Virus record (IMG/VR): IMGVR_UViG_3300044624_001347
Direction: 5' to 3' (one strand)
From: an uncultured virus (IMG/VR IMGVR_UViG_3300044624_001347)
Taxonomy: Duplodnaviria; Heunggongvirae; Uroviricota; Caudoviricetes
Length of the DNA stretch: 64,000 bases
How positions within the stretch are numbered: the stretch's first letter is position 1; the number at the start of each line of letters is the position of its first letter. The translations under genes were made by a program, and so were the position numbers. A model generated the notes under the pieces. The model was not told the DNA's origin, did no database searches, and worked only from the letters and a program-made list of their open reading frames with translations. Below are positions 19,064 to 28,596 of this stretch, piece after piece.

Positions 19064-19534
19064 ATGGCGTTCACCACGTTTTCCGGCCCGGTTCGCTCGG
19101 GCACTGTCCGTGAGGGCGCTGCCCGTAATACGGGCCTTGTTGTTCTTACCCAGTCTTATGACACGGGCGTTGTGACGGCTGGCGTCGGCAACGTGGATGC
19201 CGCTCTCGGCATTCTGCCCCAGGGTTCTCAGATCGTGGACATCACGGTCGATCAGGTTGTGGTTCCGGGCGGCACCTCCACCTCCACTGTGTCGGTTGGT
19301 AACGCGACTGGCGGCGCACAGCTTATGGCTGCCGTGGCAACGACGGCTGGTGGCCGCTTCCGTGGTACCGCCACGGCGACGACGCAGCTTGCGTGGCAGA
19401 CCTCGACTTCGGCAGGTACGCCTGTGTTCGTGCGCTATGCGGTTGGCTCGGAGGCTGGTGTTGGTCGTGCGATCATCACCGTCTCCTACGTCCAGCGCGC
19501 TCCGAACGGCGCCCAGAACCCTGCCAGCGCCTAA
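19064..19534 (+). CDS. Virion structural protein
   Basis: MAFTTFSGPVRSG...LPQGSQIVDITVD; Gly/Thr-rich. Confidence 0.7.
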   Translation: MAFTTFSGPVRSGTVREGAARNTGLVVLTQSYDTGVVTAGVGNVDAALGILPQGSQIVDITVDQVVVPGGTSTSTVSVGNATGGAQLMAAVATTAGGRFRGTATATTQLAWQTSTSAGTPVFVRYAVGSEAGVGRAIITVSYVQRAPNGAQNPASA

Positions 19535-19556
19535 CAGCTAAGGAGGGCTCTGCGTC

Positions 19557-19859
19557 ATGCAGACAGATGTCCTTGCTAGCGCCGTCCGCACGACGGACGG
19601 CGTGATGAATGACCAAGCGGGCAATGCGATTGGCCGTTGCCGCGTGAAGGGTATCTACATTGTTCCTGCTGCCGGGGCGGGCAGTGTTGTCTTTCGGGAC
19701 GGCTCTACCGTGGCTGGCCCAAGCAAGATCACTGTGAATACGATCACCGGATCGACCAGCACCAACTGGCTTCTGATGCCGGGCGAGGGGCTTCTCTTTC
19801 AGACCGGCATCTTTGCCGACCTGACGGACGTTGCCTCGGTGATGGTCATCTATGGCTAA
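19557..19859 (+). CDS. Virion structural protein
   Basis: RVKGIY...PGEGLLFQTGI. Confidence 0.7.
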   Translation: MQTDVLASAVRTTDGVMNDQAGNAIGRCRVKGIYIVPAAGAGSVVFRDGSTVAGPSKITVNTITGSTSTNWLLMPGEGLLFQTGIFADLTDVASVMVIYG

Positions 19860-20106
19860 GACCCCAGCTTGGCAGCGTGCCGAAGGCAAGTCCAAGTCTG
19901 GTGGCCTGAATGCCAAAGGCCGAGCTTCTTATAACCGGGCCAACCCAGGGAAACCTGGGTTGAAGCCTCCCCAGCCTGAAGGCGGTTCCAGGCGGGACAG
20001 CTTTTGTGCGCGCATGAAGGGGATGAAGAAGAAGCTCACCTCGGCAAAGACGGCCAACGATCCCAACTCTCGTATCAACAAGTCCCTACGGGCCTGGAAT
20101 TGCTGA
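19852..20106 (+). CDS. Small basic protein (DUF6321-like)
   Basis: GGLNAKGRASYN...RRDSFCARM...NSRINKSLRAWNC. Confidence 0.75.
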   Translation: MAKTPAWQRAEGKSKSGGLNAKGRASYNRANPGKPGLKPPQPEGGSRRDSFCARMKGMKKKLTSAKTANDPNSRINKSLRAWNC

Positions 20107-20107
20107 T

Positions 20108-20305
20108 ATGACCCAAGACACGGAAGCAGTGAAGAACGTTGTTGATGCGGTTTCTATAGGAACTGTCGTGGCTACTTTAGCTGGCGTCCTGCCAAGCATC
20201 GCAGCGATCTTCACGATTTGCTGGACTGCTATCCGCATCTACGAGACCGAGACAGTAAAGAAGCTTCTTGGCAAGAAGCCTGCACCTCAAGAGCCTGGGG
20301 CTTGA
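20108..20305 (+). CDS. Small membrane protein (holin-like)
   Basis: Hydrophobic VVATLAGVLPSIAAIFTICWTAIRIYET. Confidence 0.55.
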   Translation: MTQDTEAVKNVVDAVSIGTVVATLAGVLPSIAAIFTICWTAIRIYETETVKKLLGKKPAPQEPGA

Positions 20306-20306
20306 T

Positions 20307-20771
20307 GTGGAACTGCCTAAGCTAACTCCTGTCGTTCAATTTGCGACAGCCACGTTTGCGTTGGCTGTTGGCGGCTATACGGCTGGGGAAAAGTTTGGGT
20401 GGTTCCGGAACGAGATCATCACCTGGACGCCCGAACACTTCAGGATTGCTGATGGCAGAATAGGCCAGCCAATCACCGTGACCGTGGCCCGGATCAAGCG
20501 TCGGGATGATTGCTCTGTAGAAGGCTTCAGCGTCACGGTCAGGGATGCCACTGGCCTCATTCATGAGGCAACGCCTAGCATGACGCGCTTCACTGGACCG
20601 GCTGGCCCAGAGATCGACACCTTCACCTATACGCTAGAGCTTTCAGACAGGTCTCCGGTTAGCCCTGGCCGGGCAACCCTGCTCGCCACAATCCGTTACA
20701 AGTGCCCGGAGGGGGAGCGTACCGTCACCTATCCACGTCATCAGAACCTGACGTTCATGCTGGAGAGATAG
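20307..20771 (+). CDS. Membrane-anchored hypothetical protein
   Basis: N-terminal hydrophobic segment; two Cys; lies in the lysis cluster. Confidence 0.55.
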   Translation: MELPKLTPVVQFATATFALAVGGYTAGEKFGWFRNEIITWTPEHFRIADGRIGQPITVTVARIKRRDDCSVEGFSVTVRDATGLIHEATPSMTRFTGPAGPEIDTFTYTLELSDRSPVSPGRATLLATIRYKCPEGERTVTYPRHQNLTFMLER

Positions 20772-20772
20772 G

Positions 20773-21288
20773 ATGGAAGCCCTTCTTAATCTTGTCCGCA
20801 CCGTTGCCCCGTCCATCGCTACTGCCGTAGGTGGCCCGCTGGCGGGGATGGCGACGCGAGCCATCTCCGAAGCTCTTCTTGGAAAGCCGGATGGGACCGA
20901 GGATGAGCTTATAGAGGCGGCCAAGAGCGCCACGCCAGAACAACTGCTTGCCCTGAAGCAGGCAGAAAATAACTTCGTGATCCGGATGCGTGAGCTTGAT
21001 GTTGATCTTGAGCGCATATCGAACGAGGATCGTAGTTCTGCCCGTGAACGAGAAGTTAAGACGGGCGACCACACGCCCAAGTTTCTTGCGGCTGCTGTGA
21101 CCTTCGGCTTCTTTGGCGTTCTCTTCTGGATGATTGCCTACGGCCTGCCTGAGAATGGTGGCGAGGCAATGCTGGTTATGCTGGGGACATTGGGCACGGC
21201 ATGGGGCGCTATCGTCTCTTACTACTTCGGCTCTTCGGCTGGCTCTCGCGAGAAGACCCAGGCCATGAACAGGATCATGGGCAAGTGA
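20773..21288 (+). CDS. Holin-like membrane protein
   Basis: APSIATAVGGPLAG...DRSSARERE...two TMs...YYFGSS; directly upstream of the endolysin. Confidence 0.7.
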   Translation: MEALLNLVRTVAPSIATAVGGPLAGMATRAISEALLGKPDGTEDELIEAAKSATPEQLLALKQAENNFVIRMRELDVDLERISNEDRSSAREREVKTGDHTPKFLAAAVTFGFFGVLFWMIAYGLPENGGEAMLVMLGTLGTAWGAIVSYYFGSSAGSREKTQAMNRIMGK

Positions 21289-21803
21289 AAGACAACTTTG
21301 AACGCTGCCTGAAGTTCGTGCTTCACCATGAGGGTGGGTGGTCTGACCATCCCCGTGACCCTGGCGGCGCGACGATGAAGGGCGTGACCCTGGCGGTCTA
21401 CAAGGAATACCTTGGCCGGGATGTCACCAAGGACGAGCTTCGGAATATTCCAGACGCCCACCTCCATGACCTCTACCGCACTCGGTATTGGGACAAGGCC
21501 CGCTGCGATGAGTGGGCTCCTGGTGTGGACCTGTCTGTTTTCGATCTCGCCGTGAATGGTGGGGTTGGTCGTGCAGCCAAGATTCTCCAGCGTTGTGTTG
21601 GGGCAGTACCCGATGGAGCTATTGGCCCGAAGACCATCGCTGCCGTTAACGCAGTCCCGGCCAAGAACCTCATTGTTCGCTTTGCCGAAGACAGGCGTGA
21701 GTTCTATAAAAGCCTCAAGGCTTTTGAGACGTTCGGTCGCGGATGGCTTCGTCGCACCGATGAATGCGAAACCGAAGCCATGAAGATGGCAGGAGAAAGC
21801 TAA
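21285..21803 (+). CDS. Endolysin, glycoside hydrolase family 108
   Basis: HEGGWSDHPRDPGGATMKGVT, FDLAVNGG, DGAIGPKT, FGRGWLRR. Confidence 0.92.
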   Translation: MKDNFERCLKFVLHHEGGWSDHPRDPGGATMKGVTLAVYKEYLGRDVTKDELRNIPDAHLHDLYRTRYWDKARCDEWAPGVDLSVFDLAVNGGVGRAAKILQRCVGAVPDGAIGPKTIAAVNAVPAKNLIVRFAEDRREFYKSLKAFETFGRGWLRRTDECETEAMKMAGES

Positions 21804-22111
21804 TGAACATGAAGAAGCCGCGTATGCCGAAGGCTGGTGGTAGTGCCGATGCTGGCATGGCGATGCCGCGTTTTGGCGCTCGCGCGATGCGTCCAGGCGG
21901 CATGGCCAAGGGTGGCAAGATTCACGCTGATGAGGCGATGGACAAGAAGCTGATCCGCAAGGAGATTGCTCGCGCCGAGAAGATGGAAGACAAGTCCGAG
22001 AAGGGCATGAAGAAGGGCGGCTACGTCAAGAAGATGGCGGCTGGCGGCTCTGCCTCCAAGCGTGCGGATGGCGTTGCCGCCCACGGCAAGACCAAGGGGA
22101 AGTTCATCTAA
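21803..22111 (+). CDS. Small basic protein with M-x-x-G-G motifs
   Basis: MAKGG, MKKGG, MAAGG; C-terminal RADGVAAHGKTKG. Confidence 0.7.
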   Translation: MNMKKPRMPKAGGSADAGMAMPRFGARAMRPGGMAKGGKIHADEAMDKKLIRKEIARAEKMEDKSEKGMKKGGYVKKMAAGGSASKRADGVAAHGKTKGKFI

Positions 22112-22416
22112 TGGACCGTCGCCGTCGCGTTCCCTCCTATGAGGAGGATATGACGCCGCCCCGTGGCATGCGGGGCTTCCGCTCCAATGCCGTCCCAACC
22201 GACGAGCCGATGCCGCCGCGTCGCAGCTTCGAGGAGGACATGACGCCTCCTCGTGGTATGCGTGGCTTTGATCCTCGTATGGTCCCCACGGACGAACCGC
22301 CGCCGGGCCGTCCTTCTCGCATGGCCAAGGGCGGCGCTGTGAAGATGAAGTCCGGTGGCGTCACCCGTGGCGATGGTTGCGCCACTCGTGGCAAGACCAA
22401 GGGCCGCATGGTGTGA
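22111..22416 (+). CDS. Small basic protein with internal 30-aa duplication
   Basis: EEDMTPPRGMRGF...VPTDEP twice; MAKGG; RGDGCATRGKTKG. Confidence 0.7.
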   Translation: MDRRRRVPSYEEDMTPPRGMRGFRSNAVPTDEPMPPRRSFEEDMTPPRGMRGFDPRMVPTDEPPPGRPSRMAKGGAVKMKSGGVTRGDGCATRGKTKGRMV

Positions 22417-22721
22417 AGAAGCAGGAGAAAATCGGGAAGGTCATGAGGGAGTTCAAAGAGGGTTCCCTCAAGTCGTCCAGTGGGCAGAAGGTGAAGAACC
22501 CGAAGCAGGCTGTGGCGATTGCTCTTTCCGAGGCTTCTCGCATGGCCGAGGGTGGTCGGGTTAAGCCGCAAAACCCGAAGCTGTGGGCTGCCGCCAAGAG
22601 TGCCGCTAGGGCCAAGTTTGACGTGTACCCTTCTGCCTATGCGAATGCCTGGGCATCCAAGGAGTACAAGAAGAAGGGCGGCACTTGGCGGGGTCCTGAT
22701 AATAGGGTGTCCAAGAAATGA
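22413..22721 (+). CDS. Small basic protein (DUF6496/DUF5872-like)
   Basis: KIGKVMREFKEGSLKS...QAVAIALSEA; YPSAYANAW...YKKKGG. Confidence 0.7.
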   Translation: MKKQEKIGKVMREFKEGSLKSSSGQKVKNPKQAVAIALSEASRMAEGGRVKPQNPKLWAAAKSAARAKFDVYPSAYANAWASKEYKKKGGTWRGPDNRVSKK

Positions 22722-22981
22722 AGGGCGGGCTCGGCAAGTGGTTTGGTGAGAAGTGGGTGGATATCAAGACCGGGAAGCCGTGTGGCCGAAGCGGCTCTGA
22801 GAAGTCCAAACGCGGATACCCTGCTTGCCGACCCTCTGCCGCCGCCGCCAAGATGTCTTCTGGGCAGAAGGCCACGATGGCTAAAACGAAGACTGGGCCT
22901 GCTCGCAAGAGTTGGCCTATAAGTCCTAGTGGGAAGAGCAAGTCAGTGGCTCGCGTACACTCCAAACTGGGGCGACCCTAA
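22718..22981 (+). CDS. Small basic protein (DUF5872-like)
   Basis: LGKWFGEKWVDIKTGKPCGR...YPACRP. Confidence 0.7.
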   Translation: MKGGLGKWFGEKWVDIKTGKPCGRSGSEKSKRGYPACRPSAAAAKMSSGQKATMAKTKTGPARKSWPISPSGKSKSVARVHSKLGRP

Positions 22982-23656
22982 ATGACGACCTCCGGTACAG
23001 CGGTCTGGAATCTCGACATTGCCGACCTCATCGAGGAGGCATACGAGCGCGCTGGCCTTGAGGCTCGCACGGGCTATGATTTCCGTACTGCCCGTCGATC
23101 CCTGAACATTCTGTCGGCTGAGTGGTCGAACCGGGGTCTGAACCTCTGGACCGTTCAGGAGAATGCTCTTGTTCTTACGCCTGGGGTGAAGACCTACTCC
23201 CTGGCAGCCGACACGATTGATATCATCGAGACGATGATCCGGGTTACCACCAGCGGATCGCCTCTGGATTATACCGTGTCTCGTATTGGCGTTGGCGATT
23301 ACGCCACGCTGCCAAACAAGAACACGACGGGTCGCCCTCTTCAGATTTATGTGAACCGACAGGTGAGCCCGGAGTACACGCTCTGGCCGGTTCCCGATCT
23401 GCCCTACACGATTCTGTATTGGACGATGCGTCGGATTCAGGATGCCACTACGTCAACTGACGTAATGGACATGCCGGTGCGTTTTGTCCCCGCCCTCATC
23501 GCTGGTCTTGCCTTTCAGGTTGCAATGAAGCGCCCGGAGGCTGCGGCCAGGGTTCCTCTGCTGAAGCAGGAATACATGGAGCAGTTCCAGCTTGCTGCGG
23601 ACGAGGATCGCGGTCGCGAGCCTGCTCGCTTCGTGCCCTGGTCTTCGTACCCATGA
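22982..23656 (+). CDS. Head-tail adaptor protein
   Basis: IEEAYERAG...TARRSLN...WSNRGLNLW...GRPLQ. Confidence 0.75.
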   Translation: MTTSGTAVWNLDIADLIEEAYERAGLEARTGYDFRTARRSLNILSAEWSNRGLNLWTVQENALVLTPGVKTYSLAADTIDIIETMIRVTTSGSPLDYTVSRIGVGDYATLPNKNTTGRPLQIYVNRQVSPEYTLWPVPDLPYTILYWTMRRIQDATTSTDVMDMPVRFVPALIAGLAFQVAMKRPEAAARVPLLKQEYMEQFQLAADEDRGREPARFVPWSSYP

Positions 23657-23967
23657 CGGTTAAGTTTGCGCGCGGCAACAAAGCTTACGCTTTTTGCGAC
23701 AGGTGTTACCAGAGGTATGACCTAAAAGACCTGACTTGGCAGGTTGTTAACCAGAAGCCCACCGGCCTAAAGGTGTGCGATGAATGCAATGATGTGGATC
23801 ATCCCCAGTATCAGTTGGGCAAGTTCCCCATCAATGATCCAGTTGCTTTGCAGGACCCGAGGCCGGATATTAACCCAGGCCGAAGCCTGAATGGTTGGAA
23901 TCCTGTTGGCAATTCTGCCACCACGACGAACGGCAACGTGGGCAACGTTGCTATCTTTGTAGGATAG
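23653..23967 (+). CDS. Zn-finger virion-assembly protein
   Basis: CDRC...CDEC...HPQ...PRPD. Confidence 0.65.
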   Translation: MTVKFARGNKAYAFCDRCYQRYDLKDLTWQVVNQKPTGLKVCDECNDVDHPQYQLGKFPINDPVALQDPRPDINPGRSLNGWNPVGNSATTTNGNVGNVAIFVG

Positions 23968-23976
23968 GAGCGCATC

Positions 23977-24267
23977 ATGAAGGGCAAGGCCCACACGCCG
24001 ACCAGCATGGACATGAAGAAGTACGGGCGGAACATTGCTCGTGCCATGAACCAGACTGGCGGTGCCGTTTACGGCAAGAAGACCCCGGACGGCGTGAAGA
24101 CGGTTGACGCGAGCGCGTATGACCTGAAGCCGGTCGCCAACAAAGGCGTGACCAACGCTCCGAACCAAGCCATTGTCGCCAACGAAGGCTCGCCCAAGAA
24201 GGCCACTAAGATTCGTGGTACGGGTGCAGCCATCAAGGGCACGATGGCTCGCGGCCCGATGGGCTGA
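23977..24267 (+). CDS. Small basic hypothetical protein
   Basis: C-terminal IRGTGAAIKG; AGGAG RBS. Confidence 0.65.
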   Translation: MKGKAHTPTSMDMKKYGRNIARAMNQTGGAVYGKKTPDGVKTVDASAYDLKPVANKGVTNAPNQAIVANEGSPKKATKIRGTGAAIKGTMARGPMG

Positions 24268-24280
24268 GGACTAGGCGGCA

Positions 24281-24916
24281 ATGAACTACACAACCCTTGT
24301 AGCTCTGCTTCAGGACTACACGCAGAATTCCTCGTCGGAGTTCGTTGCCGCCATTCCTGACATTGTGAAGCTGGCCGAGGATCGGATTTATCAGTCCGCT
24401 CAAATCCCGGTCCTGAAGCGCAATGCTGTGTCCAACTTTGTCCAGAACAACAAGTACCTTGCTGCCCCAACTGACTTCCTTTCCGCCTACTCGATGGCGG
24501 TTATCAGCGGTACTGGCGTGTATTCCTACATGCTGGAAAAGGAAGTTGGATATATCAACGAGGCTTATCCAAACCCAACGTTGACGGGCGTGCCTCGGTA
24601 CTATGCCCTATTCAACGACGCGACGTTTGTGGTTGCGCCGACGCCAAGCAGCTTCTTTGAGGTTGAGCTTCACTACTTCTATGAGCCGCCGAGCATCGTG
24701 GACGCTGGCACGTCCTGGCTTGGCGACAATACGGAGAGCGTCCTGTTCTATGGGGCGCTGTGTGAAGCCTATACCTATATGAAGGGCGACCCCGATCTTC
24801 AGACTCTCTACCGCCAGCGGTACGATGAGGCTCTTGCCCGCCTGAAGAACCTGGGTGAAGGCATGGATAAGCGCGACAACTTCCGCCTTGATATGCCGCG
24901 TATCGCGCCGACCTAG
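24281..24916 (+). CDS. Adaptor/connector-like protein
   Basis: GVPRYYA...APTP...ELHY...LFYGALCEAYTYMKG. Confidence 0.7.
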   Translation: MNYTTLVALLQDYTQNSSSEFVAAIPDIVKLAEDRIYQSAQIPVLKRNAVSNFVQNNKYLAAPTDFLSAYSMAVISGTGVYSYMLEKEVGYINEAYPNPTLTGVPRYYALFNDATFVVAPTPSSFFEVELHYFYEPPSIVDAGTSWLGDNTESVLFYGALCEAYTYMKGDPDLQTLYRQRYDEALARLKNLGEGMDKRDNFRLDMPRIAPT

Positions 24917-24925
24917 GATTAGACG

Positions 24926-25366
24926 ATGGCAATCGTTCAAGCCTTCTGCACGAGCTTCAAGAAGCAGCTTCTTGAAGGCGTGCATGACTTCCGCACGGTC
25001 GGTGGGGATACGTTCAAGATCGCCCTCTACACTGAGGCTGCGAACCTGAACTCTACGACGCTTGCCTATTCCACGACCGGGGAAATCTCCGGAGGCGGCT
25101 ACACTGCTGGTGGCCTATCTCTCACAAACATAGGACCAACCGAGTACAACTTGGCTGGTGTCTGTTCATTCCAGACGGCGACGTGGCTGGCTGCGACGTT
25201 CTCTGCTCGTGGGGCGCTGATCTACAACACGACCCCGGCACACAGCTACACTAACCCGGCCTGCCTTGTGCTAGACTTTGGCACAACGAGGTTTGCTGTG
25301 AACAACAGGTTCGAGGTTCAGTTTCCTCAGATCACCGATCTCAGCGCGATTGTAAGGATCAACTGA
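24926..25366 (+). CDS. Tail-associated structural protein
   Basis: CTSFKKQLL...FKIALYT...ARGALIYN...VLDFG. Confidence 0.7.
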   Translation: MAIVQAFCTSFKKQLLEGVHDFRTVGGDTFKIALYTEAANLNSTTLAYSTTGEISGGGYTAGGLSLTNIGPTEYNLAGVCSFQTATWLAATFSARGALIYNTTPAHSYTNPACLVLDFGTTRFAVNNRFEVQFPQITDLSAIVRIN

Positions 25367-25367
25367 G

Positions 25368-26336
25368 ATGCCTTTCGTAATCGCGGATCGCGTCCGAGAG
25401 AGTAGCGCCACTGTCGGCACAGGCAGCCTTGCGCTTGCTGGTGCGGTCACTGGGTATCAGACGTTCGACGCGGTTCTCGATACGGGCGACACGACCTACT
25501 ACACGGCAGCGGATCAGGGCGGCTCCAACTGGGAAGTTGGTATCGGCACGTTCACGGCCCCGTCCACCCTGGCCCGCACGACGATCCTCTCGTCTAGTAA
25601 CGGGGGCAGCATCGTCAACTTCGGCGTCGGCACGAAGGATGTCTTTATCAGCCTGCCTGCCAGCAGGACCGTTCAGTCTGTCAGCGGCGGCTCTACCGGC
25701 CTTACGCCGTCCACCGCTTCGTTTGGGGCAGTAACCCTTGGAGGCACGCTGGCGATTGGTAGCGGCGGCACTGGGGCGACGACGGCCCCTAATGCTCTGA
25801 CTGCACTGGGCGCCGTTGCCAAGGCTGGCGACACGATGACCGGCGTTCTTGGCATTGTGCCAGGGACTGTTTCTGCCCCAGGTCTCACGTTCTCAGGCGA
25901 TCCCAATACGGGCATCTTCTCTCCAGCCGCCGACACGATTGCCTTCACTGAGGGTGGCGTTGAGGCTCTTCGTATCAACAGTAATGCCCAGGTTGAGTTT
26001 GCTCTAGGCTCTGTGTCCCTGCCGTCCATCACGGTCTCAGGAGACACAAACACTGGCATCTTCTTTCCTGCTGCTGACACGGTGGCCTTTGTTGAGGGCG
26101 GTACAGAAGTCGCTCGCATCGACAGCAGCGCCAACCTTCTGGTCAACACGACCACCGCCGTCTCTCGGCTCACGGTCAACGGCGATGTGGCTGGTACGTT
26201 CTTCGTGAACCCGACCACAGTGTCGGCCAACTACACGATTCCGACCAGCTATAACGCCATGACGGCAGGGCCGATTACGGTGGCGAGTGGAGCGGTCGTG
26301 ACCGTGCCTTCGGGCAGCACATGGACTGTTTTGTGA
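25368..26336 (+). CDS. Tail fibre protein
   Basis: ADRVRE...WEVGIGT; repeated GDxNTGIFxPAADT(I/V)AFxEGGxE; C-terminal NAMTAGPITV...VTVPSGSTWTV. Confidence 0.8.
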   Translation: MPFVIADRVRESSATVGTGSLALAGAVTGYQTFDAVLDTGDTTYYTAADQGGSNWEVGIGTFTAPSTLARTTILSSSNGGSIVNFGVGTKDVFISLPASRTVQSVSGGSTGLTPSTASFGAVTLGGTLAIGSGGTGATTAPNALTALGAVAKAGDTMTGVLGIVPGTVSAPGLTFSGDPNTGIFSPAADTIAFTEGGVEALRINSNAQVEFALGSVSLPSITVSGDTNTGIFFPAADTVAFVEGGTEVARIDSSANLLVNTTTAVSRLTVNGDVAGTFFVNPTTVSANYTIPTSYNAMTAGPITVASGAVVTVPSGSTWTVL

Positions 26337-26366
26337 TGTCTGCTTTCGACCTCATAGGAGGCGACC

Positions 26367-27530
26367 ATTCCTGTTAGACTCAACTCCTCCGGTGGCGGCT
26401 CTGTCACAATGGACGTGCCTGCTGTCGGCACGACCACGACGCTGAACCTTCCGACTGTCAACGGCACGCTTATCGCGTCCGACAACAGCGGCAACGTCAC
26501 CTACACTGGCACGACGACCTTCTCGGGCAACGCGACCTTCAATGCTGGGCTGGTGCCGTCGAGCAGCTTCCTCCGTAATCGCATCATCAATGGCGACATG
26601 CGAATTGACCAGCGGTATGGTGGCGGTAGCGTAAGTGTCCCAAATGCGACGGTCATATACGCCACTGACAGATGGAATGTTTATGAAGATACTTCAGGGA
26701 CTCTTTCGTTCCAACGGAGTACAATAGTACCCACTGGATTCACAAGCTCTCTTCTTGTCAGTGTCACAAGTGCTGGAACCGCAACTGCATCTCAGTTGTG
26801 CCGCATTCAGCAGCGAATTGAAGGGTTTAACATTTACGATCTTGCCTATGGAACCCCATCAGCGGCTACAGTAACAGTTTCGTTTTGGGTTCGCTCAAGC
26901 CTTATTGGTACTTACTGCGTTGGCATTAGAAATAATGCCTTAGATAGAAGCTATGTGGGCACATACACAATCTCTTCCGCAAACACCTGGGAGCAAAAAT
27001 CTATCACTATTCCAGGTGACACATCTGGAACATGGCTGACCGATAGTGGTGTTGGAATGTATCTGTCTTGGGATTTGGGCTCTGGATCAAGCTCAAACAC
27101 GACGGCTGGAACTTGGGTCTCGGGAGACAGAAACAACACATCCGCACAGGCCAACTGGTGCGGCACCGCAGGCGCAACTTTCTATGTGACCGGCGTTCAG
27201 TTTGAGGTTGGCTCTGTAGCTACACCTTTCGAGCGCCGCCAGTACGGCCAAGAGATTGCTCTGTGCCAGCGGTACTACAATGTATCCGGCTTTACCGAGT
27301 ACCATGTGGTCCCTGCCCCAAATGCCACATACCTTGGTGTGTATCGAATACACATGCCTGTGCAGATGAGAGCAAATCCGACAGTTGGTGTTAGCTATTC
27401 AGCAACCAACGCAGTGTTGGATTTTGGTTGGTACACGCAAAACTTTAATTTTATGGTACACTACATTACTGCGTCCGTTAGCACGAACGCATTTATGTTC
27501 TTCGTTTGGACGGCATCGGCGGAACTCTGA
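26367..27530 (+). CDS. Tail fibre/receptor-binding protein (paralog A), probable ATT start
   Basis: RNRIINGDMRIDQR and GVQFEVGSVATPFERR...LCQRYY motifs; AGGAGG RBS 5 nt before an in-frame ATT. Confidence 0.8.
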   Translation: MPVRLNSSGGGSVTMDVPAVGTTTTLNLPTVNGTLIASDNSGNVTYTGTTTFSGNATFNAGLVPSSSFLRNRIINGDMRIDQRYGGGSVSVPNATVIYATDRWNVYEDTSGTLSFQRSTIVPTGFTSSLLVSVTSAGTATASQLCRIQQRIEGFNIYDLAYGTPSAATVTVSFWVRSSLIGTYCVGIRNNALDRSYVGTYTISSANTWEQKSITIPGDTSGTWLTDSGVGMYLSWDLGSGSSSNTTAGTWVSGDRNNTSAQANWCGTAGATFYVTGVQFEVGSVATPFERRQYGQEIALCQRYYNVSGFTEYHVVPAPNATYLGVYRIHMPVQMRANPTVGVSYSATNAVLDFGWYTQNFNFMVHYITASVSTNAFMFFVWTASAEL

Positions 27531-27532
27531 TC

Positions 27533-27712
27533 ATGTACAAGAACGCCCGCTATAAGACTCCTCCGACGATGACGCAGCCAAATGCCATCCTGGTCGATAT
27601 CAACGGCGCTCAATGCTCTGTGCCGCTCGATCCAGCCAACAGCGATTACGCTGCGATCATGGCTTTGGTGGCAGAAGGTAAGCTTGTCATCGCTCCTTCG
27701 GAGACCCCCTGA
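27533..27712 (+). CDS. Small tail-fibre partner/chaperone A
   Basis: VPLDPANSDY motif; follows fibre A. Confidence 0.7.
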   Translation: MYKNARYKTPPTMTQPNAILVDINGAQCSVPLDPANSDYAAIMALVAEGKLVIAPSETP

Positions 27713-28596
27713 TGCCCCTGATTCTGAACGGAACTACCGGCATCTCTGGCACGGACGGCTCTGCCGCAACGCCTGCCGTGCAGGGTACCGACGCGAACAC
27801 CGGGATGTTTTTCCCTGCGGCTGACCAGATCGCGTTCGCCGAAGGCGGCACGGAGGTCATGCGGATCGACGCCAGCGGCAACGTCGGCATTGGGACAAGC
27901 ACGCCATCCACCTACGGGAACGGCCTCGTTGTCTATAACGCGGCAACTGGCGTTGTGCGCGCTGCTGGCGGTTCCGTCACCAGCTATATGTTTGCATCGA
28001 ACGGCGGTTCTGTTGGAGCGGCTGGCACGGAAACCAACCATCCGTTCGCCTTGTACACCAACAACACCGAACGCGCCCGCATCACCACTGGTGGCGACTT
28101 CCTAGTCGGAACGACGAGCGCCATTGCTAGCTCAACAGGCGGAATACACGTCCAGAATGGCGGCGAACAAATCCGCATTAAGAACACCAACAATGCCAAC
28201 TACTGGCGGTTTGTCACCGACAACAACAACACCGTCTACATTGTCAACCAAAGCACGACCGGCGTATTCATGGCAAACGGCGGAAGTTCGTGGTCTGGTC
28301 TTTCTGATGAGCGTCACAAGGATATCATTGAGCCGATCACTGACGCCGTAGAGAAGGTGTCCACGCTGCGGACTGTGATCGGGAAGTTCAAGACCGATGA
28401 CGACGGGGTTCGCCGTTCTTTCTTGATCGCCCAGGACGTTCAGAAGGTTCTGCCCGAGGCAGTTCACCATGCAGACCAAGACAGGCTTGGGCTGGCCTAC
28501 ACAGAGGTCATCCCACTCCTGACTGCTGCCATCAAGGAACTCACCGCGAAACTGGAAGCCGCAGAGGCCCGCATCGCAACGCTGGAGGCCCGCTGA
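27712..28596 (+). CDS. Tail fibre with C-terminal intramolecular chaperone (peptidase S74-like)
   Basis: SDERHKDII...IAQDVQKVLPEAV...LTAAIKEL coiled-coil. Confidence 0.85.
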   Translation: MPLILNGTTGISGTDGSAATPAVQGTDANTGMFFPAADQIAFAEGGTEVMRIDASGNVGIGTSTPSTYGNGLVVYNAATGVVRAAGGSVTSYMFASNGGSVGAAGTETNHPFALYTNNTERARITTGGDFLVGTTSAIASSTGGIHVQNGGEQIRIKNTNNANYWRFVTDNNNTVYIVNQSTTGVFMANGGSSWSGLSDERHKDIIEPITDAVEKVSTLRTVIGKFKTDDDGVRRSFLIAQDVQKVLPEAVHHADQDRLGLAYTEVIPLLTAAIKELTAKLEAAEARIATLEAR

